Assembly (NCBI RefSeq): GCF_001194135.2
Contig: NC_068987.1
Span: 46,911,687 to 46,947,507 of the forward strand
Source of the DNA: Octopus bimaculoides
Taxonomy: Eukaryota
Direction: 5' to 3'
Length of the DNA stretch: 35,821 bases
The notes under the pieces were generated by a model. It searched no databases. It was not told the DNA's origin and saw only the letters and a program-made list of their open reading frames with translations. This document shows positions 23,469 through 34,642 of the stretch, piece by piece (positions within the stretch are counted from its first letter, which is position 1; every line of letters begins with the position of its first letter). A program made the translations under genes and the position numbers.

Positions 23469-23792
23469 CATAGAGAATATTTGGCACTGTAGTGCATATA
23501 TGAAAAATTTGTTTTCCACTTTAATTGTTTGATGCTGTATGAGACAGCTTTGGCTGATTTCGTATTTCTCTAGAACTCAGAAACAGAAAATTTGCTGTTT
23601 TAGTTCTTTATTGAAGTTACTTTACCAACATAAAATCCTAGTTGTATCTATGAAGGATGTTTATATCAGCAACACAAACACACACACACACACACATATA
23701 CACTCTCTCTCTCACACACACACATATACACACATGTATATATATAAACACATACATTCACATACACAGGCAAAACTATAAATACATGTGTA

Positions 23793-23853
<61 letters not shown>

Positions 23854-24552
23854 NNNNNNNNNNNNNNNNNNNNNNNNNNNNNNNNNNNNNNNNNNNNNNN
23901 NNNNNNNNNNNNNNNNNNNNNNNNNNNNNNNNNNNNNNNNNNNNNNNNNNNNNNNNNNNNNNNNNNNNNNNNNNNNNNNNNNNNNNNNNNNNNNNNNNNN
24001 NNNNNNNNNNNNNNNNNNNNNNNNNNNNNNNNNNNNNNNNNNNNNNNNNNNNNNNNNNNNNNNNNNNNNNNNNNNNNNNNNNNNNNNNNNNNNNNNNNNN
24101 NNNNNNNNNNNNNNNNNNNNNNNNNNNNNNNNNNNNNNNNNNNNNNNNNNNNNNNNNNNNNNNNNNNNATATCAAGGGTATGAGAGGTATTGGTGTCAAG
24201 AAGACCCAAAGGGTTCGGGCAATGCTGAGTAAGTGCTATGGACAGATTATAGTTAAGCCCCAGGTTCGATAATGATACGAAAGAGGAGTCCGACGAAGTT
24301 GGGTGTATTAGCAAGCATATATATAAAAATTAACATAATGAAATTAAAAAGAATCCAAGGCTTTGAATAGTTTTGAGAACATTTATAAATGTTCTGAAAA
24401 GTAGTCACATGCTTGGATTTTTTTTATCTCATTATTTTGGCTGGCCGGTAACGTATTTTTCTGCATTATATGGATAATTTATCCTGATCTCGCTATTCAT
24501 AGCATTATCACGCGTTTGAGAAATAAATTTATTTCTGTTTCTGTGTGTGTGT

Positions 24553-24790
24553 AAAGACACGTGGTTTAGTGATTAGAGTACTCGGCGGCGCATTGTGTCC
24601 TTTGAGCAAGGCACTTTATTTCATGTTGTTCCAGTTCACTCAGTTGGAAAAACTTAGTTGTACCTGTATTTCAATGGGCCAACCATATCACATTCTTTGT
24701 CACGCTGAATCTCCCTTAAAAGTACGTTGAAGGTACGCGAGTCTGAGGAGCGCTCAGCCACTTGGACGTTGATTTCACGAGCAGGGTTCA
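24553..24790 (+). mobile_element. Chimeric SINE: family C-type 5' half with family D-type 3' half
   Basis: cattgtgtcctttgagcaaggcactttatttcatgttgttccagttcactcag matches 35283-35343; cacgctgaatctccc..aggtacgcgagtctgaggagcgctcagccacttggacgttgatttcacgagcagg matches 7673-7757. Confidence 0.75.
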
Positions 24791-24965
24791 GAAAGTAAGA
24801 AGACCTTATACGGGTAAAATAGCCAATCTTTCTGCTGTTTTCCCGGCTATACAGCGTTCTTCGAAATATTACTTTTTTGTCTGTGAAATACATTTGTGCT
24901 TATGTGTTTCATTAAACCTGGCTTATATATATATATATATATATATACATATGTACATGTATATG

Positions 24966-25001
<36 letters not shown>

Positions 25002-25159
25002 CTTGTATGTGTGTAAGTATTGGTAACGCGCATGCGTGTGAATGGCAATCTGTTTTTCTCACCTGGCATACCCACCTCACTATAACTTGCTATTAGGGTA
25101 TAGATTACATTCTAGGATTTCGGGGTGCAAAATAGATAAAGCGATTGCAGTTACCAGGG

Positions 25160-25420
25160 GGGATTGATGTTGTTGTTGCTACAGCTGTTACATCTGTTGC
25201 TGTTGGTTGTAGTGGTGATATTGGTTGTGATGGTGGTGAGGAATGATGGGATGGCTACAATTTAGAGGTAAATCTCGGGACATATATAGTTAAAGTGGTG
25301 TTATGTACAGGGGTAGGTGCGAGGTGGTGATGTTAGTGATAACAGTGGTTGAACTACAGTCGGAATTAAAGGTAGTTGTGACGGAGGTGGTGATGGCTGT
25401 AGTGGTACAAGCAGAGATGA

Positions 25421-25493
<73 letters not shown>

Positions 25494-26109
25494 NNNNNNN
25501 NNNNNNNNNNNNNNNNNNNNNNNNNNNNNNNNNNNNNNNNNNNNNNNNNNNNNNNNNNNNNNNNNNNNNNNNNNNNNNNNNNNNNNNNNNNNNNNNNNNN
25601 NNNNNNNNNNNNNNNNNNNNNNNNNNNNNNNCTAATAGGAGTGATGGAGGTGGTGATAGCGGTGGTGGTGGTGGTGGTGGTGGTGGTGGGCTGGTTTGCT
25701 GCTGTTGTATTTTAATGGTAGCAGGGCTTGTTATAAGAACGGTTGTAGTGATGTTGGTATTGTTAAGGCGATGGTGGTGGTGGTGGTGGTGGTATTGGTG
25801 GTAGTGGTGGTAGTATTGGTAGTGGTGGCGGTGGTGATGGTAGTGGTGTGATGGTGTTAGTAATTGATGAAATGATTGTTATAATATGAGATATGGCGAT
25901 GAAGATTACAGTGTTGGAAGTGGTGGTTTTGATGCTGATGCTAGAGATGGTGTTAGTGGAGGTGGACAATGGTGGTGGTAGTGGTGGTTTCGATGTTGCG
26001 GTAATGGTGCTGCTAGCTGTGATAACGTCACGGATGATACTGTGCACGTTGTTCGTCTGGTATGTAGACGGAAACAGGCTGACAGACGGACAGGCGGATA
26101 ACCAAGCAT

Positions 26110-26147
<38 letters not shown>

Positions 26148-26507
26148 TGATAGACAGACAGATAGACAGACTGATAGATAGATAGACAAACTGACAGACA
26201 GGCAGACAGGCAGACAGGCAGACAGGCGGATAGTCAGGCATACTGATAGACAGACAGACTAATAAATATACAGAATGTCAGACAGACTGACAGGCAGATA
26301 GACAGACAGGCAGATAGACAGACTCACAGACTGACAGATAAATAGATACGCAGATTGATACACAGACAACCCGACAGACAGACAGACCTACCAACAGACA
26401 GGCAGGCAGGCTAACTAATAGACAGACAGACGGACAGGTGTACCGACGGATAGATAGACAGATAGGCGGGGAACTAGACGAACATATACTACTTCACACA
26501 CAGCCAC

Positions 26508-26560
<53 letters not shown>
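25160..26560. repeat. Low-complexity block: (GTG/GAT)n degenerate, (TAG)n, (GGT)n, (GACA)n
   Basis: Direct inspection. Confidence 0.9.
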
Positions 26561-26910
26561 ATGGATTTCGTCAGATTCATACAGGAATTTTAACAACCAA
26601 TAAAACTTAAAATACACACGATCACAAACACATACACTTGCATACATGGTTACATGCACAAGCATGCATGTGGAGGCACACACGTTGACGCACATATACA
26701 TGCATATACGCACGCACACTCACACACACAAGCATGCACATGCACATCCACACACAGAGAGAATGTGCAGATGCAGTGCTAAATTGCACATTCCACTCTT
26801 CTGTAATACGATACGTGCATCTCGCATTCTTTTTGCATCTGATATTACACCGGCATAAAATGAGGTGAATTCATACATACACACCTACATAATATACATA
26901 CATATATATG

Positions 26911-26967
<57 letters not shown>

Positions 26968-27332
26968 ATATATACACGCACGTGTCTGTCTACTATCTGT
27001 CTGTCTGTGTATCAGTATATATATACACAACTCTAAGTTTTATGCCGACAATGGTAATCATCAGATGGAGCAAAGAAGCGTTTTAATGAAGGTCTTTTAA
27101 TAGTTTTCAGTGGTGAGTATAACATGTAAACATCCGGTTGATTAGCGCAAATACATACATGCATTCTCACCAATCTACCTATCTACCTACCTACCTACAT
27201 ACATACATACATGCATACATCCATACATACATACATACACATATGCATACATATACATACATACATACTTTCTTACATACATACTTTCTTACATACATAC
27301 TTTCTTACATACATACTTTCTTACATACATAC

Positions 27333-27543
27333 ATGATGGCCGTCCACTCGTGACCGAGGAAGACCATTGCCGACCTTCAGGAACATTGTGCGCTCTAGGA
27401 CTAACTTATATTTTGCATTTGCGGCTCCGTTGGTGGCTAATGAGCCCTGCTCTTGACAAGCATACACGACTGCAAACATTGCAGACCAAGCTTTCCCCAT
27501 TCACTATACGAGCCGTGCACTTTCGCGCAGCTCGCTTAAGTTC
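27333..27543 (-). mobile_element. 3' end of an RTE-clade (BovB-like) LINE
   Basis: Minus strand ELKRAARK..LVCNVCSRVCLSRAGLISHQRSRKCKI* (CxxC..SRxGLxSHxR, stop 27406-08). Short 3' UTR ends ggacggccatcat and runs into a (TATG)n tail. The upstream part is in the gap. Confidence 0.8.
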
Positions 27544-27907
27544 NNNNNNNNNNNNNNNNNNNNNNNNNNNNNNNNNNNNNNNNNNNNNNNNNNNNNNNNN
27601 NNNNNNNNNNNNNNNNNNNNNNNNNNNNNNNNNNNNNNNNNNNNNNNNNNNNNNNNNNNNNNNNNNNNNNNNNNNNNNNNNNNNNNNNNNNNNNNNNNNN
27701 NNNNNNNNNNNNNNNNNNNNNNNNNNNNNNNNNNNNNNNNNNNNNNNNNNNNNNNNNNNNNNNNNNNNNNNNNNNNNNNNNNNNNNNNNNNNNNNNNNNN
27801 NNNNNNNNNNNNNNNNNNNNNNNNNNNNNNNNNNNNNNNNNNNNNNNNNNNNNNNNNNNNNNNNNNNNNNNNNNNNNNNNNNNNNNNNNNNNNNNNNNNN
27901 NNNNNNN

Positions 27908-27988
27908 TTACTTATTCTATCGTCCCCTTTTATCACACCGCTAATGTATTGAGGTGTAAACAAACTGATATCTGCGGAGGTGGGACAA

Positions 27989-28047
<59 letters not shown>

Positions 28048-28245
28048 CACACACACACATACACACACACACGCACATATGCGATGGTCTTGCTTTCATG
28101 CAGTTCCCCTCTACCAAATCTACTTGCATAGCATTGCTCGCATCGGGACTATAAAAGACACTTGCCCAAGGTTCTGCACAGTGGGAATGAACGCGGAGCT
28201 GTGTGGTTGCAAAGTGTGCTTCTTACCACACAACCACGCCTGCGC
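27908..28245 (-). mobile_element. SINE family B with expanded internal (CA)n
   Basis: gacacttgcccaagg..cttcttaccacacaaccacgcc (head) and ttacttattctatcg..ggacaaacac (3' half). Confidence 0.75.
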
Positions 28246-28814
28246 CTATGTATGCATTTATAGATTAGGGCGAAAGAAAGGGAAGAACAAAAGAGAAAAC
28301 TATAGTGAATAACATATATATATAGACACAGTCTGTAACAACATGCATACATTTCTCCATTTTGATACAAATATCTACCGTTGTAAAATTTCAAATCTTA
28401 TATTCAGCGTGTCGGTTGTTTTCGTAACAATTTTTCTCGATAATACACGGATTACTATGTTTGATCAGTTAATATATAATGTACTGCGATAAAATATTTT
28501 CTAATTTATTTTGAAGTTGCTGATAGCGTTGTCCTTCAACTTCCACATGTATGGATACAATTGTGGTAGTTCTCTTTATTTCTGTGGTTAGCAGAGCTAG
28601 AAAGAACGATAATGTTGGAAGGTGCAAAAATTGTTGTGACCTTCAGTTGCCATCTCATGAAAACATTGTCCTGCAGGGAATGCAGACGTTATGACATATA
28701 AACACATGTATACACACACACATATACACACACACATACACACACACCACACACACATATACTCACACACACACACGCACACACACACACATATGCTCAT
28801 ATATTGTTATTTAG

Positions 28815-28860
28815 TGAAGGCGCATTGCTCTGTGGTTAGAGCGTCGAGCTTACGATCGTG
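28815..28860 (+). mobile_element. Truncated tRNA-like SINE head abutting the 5' end of the Penelope-like element
   Basis: gaaggcgcattgctctgtggttagagcg..ttacgatcgtga resembles family C heads (35214 onward). A-box-like sequence present, no B box. Confidence 0.55.
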
Positions 28861-29985
28861 ATTGGACTATTCCTACTCGATACATTGGGTAAAACTTTTC
28901 CTGGTATATATTTCGCCATTTACAAAGATGATGCTCTGGCTTTAACCACAAACACCAGTGAACCAGCGCAAGATCGGTTTAGGAAGGACATTATCCAAAT
29001 GATGAAAACATTCGATCTTAGCATAACAATAGATACCAACCTGACAGTTGTCAATTTCCTAGATGTACTTTTAGATTTAAATAATAATATTTACAAACCC
29101 TATAGAAAGCCCAACGATAGACTTAGCTATATTAATGTAGGTTCCTGCCACCCACCCCCATAGTATTTAAGAATTTAGTTAAAAACATTAGCAAGAGAAT
29201 TTCTAGCCTCTCCTCCAATATAAACATTTTTAATAGTGTTTCCCCAATATATAATAAAGCTCTAAAAGATATTGGTTTTAGCGAGGAAATAACCTATACA
29301 CCTGTCATTAGTCTAATAACAAAGAAAAGGAAATATAAGAATAGGAAAATTATCTGGTTCACACCACCTTACTCACCATAAGTAACCTTTAATATAGGTA
29401 GATATTTCTTATCCCTTATAGATAGGCATTTTCCAATCAATCATAATTATAGAAAGCTCTTTAATAGGCACAACTTAAAAATTAGTTTTAGTTCTACTAC
29501 TAACTTTAAAAATATAATTGCACACAACAAACAAAAACAACAAAATGAAGCCGAGTTAAAAATTTGTGCCCGCTAAATGGAGCTTGTATGACCGAGGCCA
29601 TCCTTTATGAAGCCATTGTAGACTCAACAACCACTAAGGACATAGTTTCGTCAAAGAAATATGTGGGTCTCACAGGGAGACATTTTAAAGCCAGTTTCAA
29701 CAATCACACCTTAAGCTTCAGACACTGGGATAAAAGAAAAACAACCAAATTATCCAGTTATATATGGTCCTTAAAAGAAAAAGGTGTCACTGGAAGATCT
29801 TGGCCAGGTGTAAGCCTTACACCAACGGCAGTGGAAAGTGCGGTCTTTGTGGTGTGGAAAGATGGCTTATCTGGAAAAGTTCTTTAGACCCCGTTACATG
29901 TCTAAATTCAAGAACTGAACTTTTTGGGTCATGTCCACATATGGCAAAACATTTGCTACGTTTTTGGACCTCCCCCCCCCCGCGT
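28858..29985 (+). mobile_element. Penelope-like retroelement, 5'-truncated and decayed: RT C-terminal part, linker, GIY-YIG endonuclease (Hydra-clade-like architecture)
   Basis: Translation across frameshifts/stops: IGLFLLDTL..IYKDDALAL (RT YxDD at 28921-28932)..VNFLDVLLDL..YKPYRKPND..YINVGSCHPP (thumb); WFTPPYS..IGRYFLSLIDRHFP..LFNRHNLKISFS; CPLNGAC..ILYEAIV..KYVGLTGRHFKASFNNHTLSF (GIY-YIG, no CxxC between the motifs)..WKILARCKPY..CGLC..LNSRTELFGSCPH. Stops at ~29161 and ~29379 plus frameshifts. Confidence 0.9.
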
Positions 29986-30153
29986 GCGTGAGTATGTATA
30001 CGGATATATATATACATACATGTGTGTGTGTGTGCGTACGTATATGTGTGTATATGTGTGCATATGCAGATTCTATGACTGAAATATTACTTTAACCATG
30101 CCTGTTGGAGTAATTTCCCTTTATTCAACGGATTTTTTCATAGCGTTTTGTTT

Positions 30154-30216
30154 TAATAACTGATGAGATGCCGGAGCAGACTTCAACCCCGGTATCCGAA
30201 ACTCTGAGTTTTACTA
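30154..30216 (+). ncRNA. Type I hammerhead ribozyme motif in the 3' flank (pseudo-LTR) of the Penelope-like element
   Basis: taataa-CTGATGA(30160-30166)-gatgccgg[agcagacttcaacc]ccggtatc-c-GAAA(30198-30201)-ctc t gag-TT-ttacta. Stem II 8 bp with one G:U; stem III ACTC/GAGT; stem I taataa/ttacta with one mismatch. Confidence 0.8.
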
Positions 30217-30325
30217 TGACAACCAAATAATTGTCACATATTATATTTATAGATAAATTTCTCTATTTTACATAATATCGAGGTCTCATTCATTCTTTTG
30301 TTGTCATATTGTTTTTATTATTAAT

Positions 30326-30360
<35 letters not shown>

Positions 30361-31238
30361 NNNNNNNNNNNNNNNNNNNNNNNNNNNNNNNNNNNNNNNN
30401 NNNNNNNNNNNNNNNNNNNNNNNNNNNNNNNNNNNNNNNNNNNNNNNNNNNNNNNNNNNNNNNNNNNNNNNNNNNNNNNNNNNNNNNNNNNNNNNNNNNN
30501 NNNNNNNNNNNNNNNNNNNNNNNNNNNNNNNNNNNNNNNNNNNNNNNNNNNNNNNNNNNNNNNNNNNNNNNNNNNNNNNNNNNNNNNNNNNNNNNNNNNN
30601 NNNNNNNNNNNNNNNNNNNNNNNNNNNNNNNNNNNNNNNNNNNNNNNNNNNNNNNNNNNNNNNNNNNNNNNNNNNNNNNNNNNNNNNNNNNNNNNNNNNN
30701 NNNNNNNNNNNNNNNNNNNNNNNNNNNNNNNNNNNNNNNNNNNNNNNNNNNNNNNNNNNNNNNNNNNNNNNNNNNNNNNNNNNNNNNNNNNNNNNNNNNN
30801 NNNNNNNNNNNNNNNNNNNNNNNNNNNNNNNNNNNNNNNNNNNNNNNNNNNNNNNNNNNNNNNNNNNNNNNNNNNNNNNNNNNNNNNNNNNNNNNNNNNN
30901 NNNNNNNNNNNNNNNNNNNNNNNNNNNNNNNNNNNNNNNNNNNNNNNNNNNNNNNNNNNNNNNNNNNNNNNNNNNNNNNNNNNNNNNNNNNNNNNNNNNN
31001 NNNNNNNNNNNNNNNNNNNNNNNNNNNNNNNNNNNNNNNNNNNNNNNNNNNNNNNNNNNNNNNNNNNNNNNNNNNNNNNNNNNNNNNNNNNNNNNNNNNN
31101 NNNNNNNNNNNNNNNNNNNNNNNNNNNNNNNNNNNNNNNNNNNNNNNNNNNNNNNNNNNNNNNNNNNNNNNNNNNNNNNNNNNNNNNNNNNNNNNNNNNN
31201 NNNNNNNNNNNNNNTATATATATATATATATATATGTA

Positions 31239-32073
31239 CAGGGTGTGATGCATAAATTGTCACCATTTTATATTTTTAATTTCGCGCATGCGCATTGTTT
31301 GTTTTTGTTTTTGTAAGGTCAGTTGGGCACCGTCTGTGAGAAAAATAGCACCATGACGCAATTCACTCTGCCAGAAATTTGGAAACGACTTGCTGTGCTG
31401 CTTGGAATTTGCGCAGGAAGCTTCAATACGAACATTTCAGAGTGTTTGGGTGTCAATCTGAGGACATGTACCGAGAGTGATAAAAATCAAATATTCAGTC
31501 AACCTCATGGTGTCTGGAGTGATCACTGGTGATGGCGACGTTATGCCTCCATTCATCTTCTCACATGGTCTCAGACTCAACACGGAGGCCTACATCAAGT
31601 GCCTGGAGGAGGTAGTGTTGCCCTGGGTCAAGAGGGTGGCTGCTGGAAGACACTATGTCTGGCAACAGGATTCTGCACCATGCCACACAAGCAAGAGAAA
31701 CCAGTCATGGTTGTCAGACAATTTCTGCGACCACATCACTCCTAACATCTGGCTACCTAATTCCCCAGATTGCAAACCCCTTTATTATGTGTAGGGCGCA
31801 GTTGAGCGAGATACCAACAAAATTCCTTGTAACACCAAAGATGAAATAAAAACAAGGATTATGGTAGCATTCGCCAAGTTAAACAAGGAAACCATCCAGA
31901 AGAGTTGAAGGAGATACAGAAGTCGTCTGGTGGCCAAAGTTAAAGCCAATGGCGATTTTATTGAATAAATTTACTTTAGAATTTCAAGATATTTTATGTA
32001 ATTTTGGTAAATATATCTGTTAAAATGAGATGTCAGTGTTATTTTCATTTTTGCGTTTATCCACTGCACCCTG
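31239..32073 (+). mobile_element. maT/DD37D-type Tc1/mariner element, internally deleted (835 bp)
   Basis: TA on both sides (31237-38, 32074-75). Imperfect TIRs cagggtgtgatgcataaa vs cagggtgcagtggataaa (reverse complement). ATG 31353 MTQFTLPEIWKR..LGVNLRT joins directly to VMV-like/PPFIF..YVWQQDSAPCHTS..WLPNSPDCKPL(Y)YV*. 37 residues between the QD aspartate and the position after SPDCKPL. Confidence 0.85.
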
Positions 32074-32176
32074 TATATAAATAAATAACAACAAAAGCAA
32101 TAACAAAAAGCAACAACGTGAGGACGTGATACAGATTGTGTTACTAGACGCTCGGGAAAGGAAAGAGAGAGAGTAC

Positions 32177-32263
<87 letters not shown>

Positions 32264-32269
32264 TGTGTG

Positions 32270-32451
32270 TGTATTTGTCCCCCAACACTGCTTGGTGTGT
32301 GTACCCCAACACTGCTTGGTGTGTGTAAGTCCCCCTAATTTAGCAGTTCGGCAGAAGAAAACGATAGAATAAGAACATGGCTTGAAAAATAAGCACTGGG
32401 GTGCCCCGGCATAGCTGCAGTCTCATGACCGGAACAAGCATAACATAAAAG

Positions 32452-32452
<1 letters not shown>
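32270..32452 (+). mobile_element. SINE family B 3' half with a perfect 24-bp tandem duplication (32280-32327)
   Basis: ccccaacactgcttggtgtgtgta x2, then ttagcagttcggc..gatagaataag..gtgccccggcatagctgcagtc. Confidence 0.7.
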
Positions 32453-32515
<63 letters not shown>

Positions 32516-32909
32516 GGTAGTAGTTGTGGTGATGTTGGCGGCGGCGGCGAAGGTGGTTTGTGTTGATGATGGTATCTGTGGCAAGCGCGTATGATCCAGA
32601 TTTGATTTGGATAGTATTGTGATGATTTTAAAATAGTAATATGATCAAAATTCTCCCATACTACACACATCGTGAAGTCATATCATCATATCATACTCCA
32701 GGGGTGTGTTGAGCCCCAGGGTAAGATAGTGCCCACATATACCGTAAAAATAGTTTCATGCTCAGTCAAATAACAAATATCATTTTAGATTTAAAATTCT
32801 ATGATGTGGATTACTCTGCATTCTTGAATGCATATGGGAGCGTTATCTTCCGCTATGGATATACGCACAATACAAGTGTGTGTACACACATGCGCACGCG
32901 TGCACATAT

Positions 32910-32947
<38 letters not shown>

Positions 32948-32957
32948 ACACACACAT

Positions 32958-33014
<57 letters not shown>

Positions 33015-33271
33015 GCATGTATATATACATGTCTGTATCACAATCAAGGTGCAGAAATTGCGTACTCCGAATGCATAAGGTAATGTAATCTGATGGTAGA
33101 AAGAATTCCGCGAATTAGGTATTCCAAAGCCAGTCGGAAGTTCGGGGTGTCCATGTGAACGTGCAGTAAATAGTTAAAAAAAAAACGAAGAAAAAAAGAC
33201 AAGAAAAAAGCAACAACGCGGAGACGTGGTACATGCAAAATATTAATAAGACGCTCAGGGAAGGAAAAAAA

Positions 33272-33306
33272 GGGTGTTTTACGTTTCGAGCAAAGCACTT
33301 CGTGGA
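33272..33306 (-). ncRNA. Broken minimal hammerhead motif
   Basis: Minus strand reads tcCACGA-agtgc ttt gctc-GAAAC-GTA. The GAAACGUA minimal stem III/cleavage triplet and short stem II are present, but the CUGANGA box is destroyed. Confidence 0.35.
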
Positions 33307-33821
33307 TTGCTGGCGATTTTTTCTTCCGTCTTCCTTTTCTTTTGGACTTTCCTCTGTCTCCTGTNNNNNNNNNNNNNNNNNNNNNNNNNNNNNNNNNNNN
33401 NNNNNNNNNNNNNNNNNNNNNNNNNNNNNNNNNNNNNNNNNNNNNNNNNNNNNNNNNNNNNNNNNNNNNNNNNNNNNNNNNNNNNNNNNNNNNNNNNNNN
33501 NNNNNNNNNNNNNNNNNNNNNNNNNNNNNNNNNNNNNNNNNNNNNNNNNNNNNNNNNNNNNNNNNNNNNNNNNNNNNNNNNNNNNNNNNNNNNNNNNNNN
33601 NNNNNNNNNNNNNNNNNNNNNNNNNNNNNNNNNNNNNNNNNNNNNNNNNNNNNNNNNNAGGAATGTATGTAACCGAAATAGAGAGACACTCATAAAAATA
33701 ATGTTTATATATGTGTATACATTTGAAATAATGTATACACATATACAGATAAACATCAAGAGATTTTTATCTGAATATACTCATATCCGCAACATGCACA
33801 ATTTGTCCCAGATCTCTCACG

Positions 33822-33880
33822 CTTCTGATATCTGATGAGAAGGACCCTTGTATGCGGCCACGAAACTTGAAGCTGTATGG
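33822..33880 (+). ncRNA. Degenerate hammerhead-like motif
   Basis: CTGATGA(33832-33838)..c-GAAAC(33862-33866)-tt g aag-ct. Core spacing is right but stems I and II pair poorly. Confidence 0.35.
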
Positions 33881-33965
33881 AGCTCATTCAAACTGCTATT
33901 AAAAATATATATTTAGCTCCTAGAAAATGCTTTTAGTGCCAGTTTCTTTCGTTTGTCCACTCACC

Positions 33966-34011
<46 letters not shown>

Positions 34012-34547
34012 CACACACATATATTACAAATCTATATGTGTGTGTGTATGTATGTGTGTGTGCATGAATATATATATATCATACATACATATATGGTGAT
34101 GATACTAACGGTACTCCAGCATGGCCACAGCCTTTGGACTGAAACAAAACAATAAAAGAATGTACATATAACTATGTATGTATATATGAATATTTATGTA
34201 TGTATGTATGTATATATGAATATTTATGTATGTATGTATGTATGTATGTATGTATGTATCTAAGTATCTATGTACGTACGCATGTATAGGCAGGTAAGTA
34301 GATACATGATATATTTATATGTTGGGTGGAATTTCAATGCTAACTTTCGCGTTCCTCTGCCAGTCAGTAAATTTCAATCTGATATCCTCGTAATTTTGTA
34401 ACTTAGATACTTCTAACCGAATAAAATAAATTTGCTAGCCTACTACATACTCTCCGGCTGGCTGAGACTTTGGTGAAACATGAGATCTCAAGGTCCGAGA
34501 AATAAATGTTTATACTAACAGTTTATATATATATATGTATGTGTGTG

Positions 34548-34595
<48 letters not shown>

Positions 34596-34598
<3 letters not shown>

Positions 34599-34642
34599 AT
34601 ATGACGGGATTATTTCAGTTTCCGTCTACCAAATCTACTCAC
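34596..34642 (-). mobile_element. SINE family B fragment truncated by gap
   Basis: ttcagtttccgtctaccaaatctactcac, nearly identical to 11940-11968. Confidence 0.7.

Noticed and set aside
24169-24320. GC-richer fragment after a gap, possible LINE or exon piece
   Set aside because: No recognisable motif in any frame; too short to call.
26761-26793. 9-bp hairpin gaatgtgca..tgcacattc
   Set aside because: Expected by chance in TGCA/CA-rich low-complexity sequence.
29546-30140. Selenoprotein idea: TGA at 29546 near the decayed CxC linker plus a SECIS-like hairpin (ATGA..AA..) at ~30075-30120
   Set aside because: The element has other stops and a frameshift at this spot, the hairpin lacks the 3' GA of the quartet, and ctatga can instead pair with tcatag. 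Sec-encoding PLEs are known in Naiads, which have N-terminal EN. Would be reconsidered only if the family consensus keeps TGA and passes SECISearch.
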